Shown piece by piece: positions 63,417 to 64,000 of a stretch of 64,000 nt of DNA. Position numbers and translations under genes: made by a program. The notes below the pieces were generated by a model, which saw nothing but the letters and a program-made list of their open reading frames with translations, made no database searches and was not told the DNA's origin. Positions within the stretch are counted from its first letter, which is position 1. Every line of letters starts with the position of its first letter. Origin of the DNA: Paraspadella gotoi. Taxonomy: Eukaryota; Animalia; Chaetognatha. Location: assembly GCA_051294375.1 (NCBI GenBank), contig CM119268.1, positions 24,026,349 through 24,090,348 on the forward strand. Direction: 5' to 3'.

Positions 63417-64000
63417 GTAAGCAGGGAATGCCGCTTACAAGCTTTGATTGTACATAACAGAACAGGGTCAAATAAAGTGAAATAGGGTCGTACTAGGGTC
63501 ATAAAATTATAATAGGTTAAAAATATGTAGAAAAAAAGTAAATTAAAATGAAAAAGGGAAACGATAGTAAAACAATTAGATGAACCTTTCATTATGCAGT
63601 TCTTATTGTGTAATCATATTATACTAAATACAAAATACAAATTAATTTTAAAAAAAATATTGATTCTGAGTTGAATGCGGGATGAGCAAATTGTCCATTG
63701 TCAATACTTTTGGTAATATATAAACTTCGTTTTGTAGCCAGTTGTTACATAAAATTTTAATGTTTCATTTTATGTTTACGAGAAGATTAATCAAAAGAAT
63801 TAAACTAAACAGATATTGTGAGAGAGAGGCGGTGAGACCAAAGCCGATTTCTGAGTTCACTCAGATTAAATGGTGAGACTTAAGCGAAAGGATTTACATA
63901 TTCATTTTTCTTTTATTAAAAGCTTTATTTCTATCAGTTTAAATTAGAAAAAAACTAAACTAAGAATTTTAGTAAGATGATGATGAATTGAATATTTATG

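Overview
AT-rich, microsatellite-laden genomic DNA from an intron-rich eukaryote, most likely an invertebrate animal. It is a draft assembly with N-gaps and several indel-rich stretches that look gap-filled. Most ORFs in the track are artefacts of simple repeats. By manual splicing I reconstruct five plus-strand genes: a VAMP8/endobrevin-like R-SNARE (5678-7933), a TAL1/SCL-family bHLH factor (about 15495-21221), an SSUH2 homologue (21857-26943), a 15-exon four-repeat protein of an uncharacterised fungal/invertebrate family (27933-49076+), and a DNAL4-like dynein light chain (53317-54229). There is also a probable first exon of a mitochondrial citrate carrier (63278-63416). Mobile DNA includes a degenerate CsRn1-type Gypsy element, Helentron-associated (HINE/DINE-like) elements, nested MITEs and short Penelope-type hammerhead remnants. 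The main discovery candidate is a roughly 325-340-nt dispersed and tandem repeat with about 10 copies or fragments. It carries what folds as a circularly permuted (type P5) twister ribozyme whose P1 is reduced to a 6-nt palindrome. This suggests a retrozyme-like element with a possibly dimer-dependent twister, and one filled/empty site pair indicates mobility.
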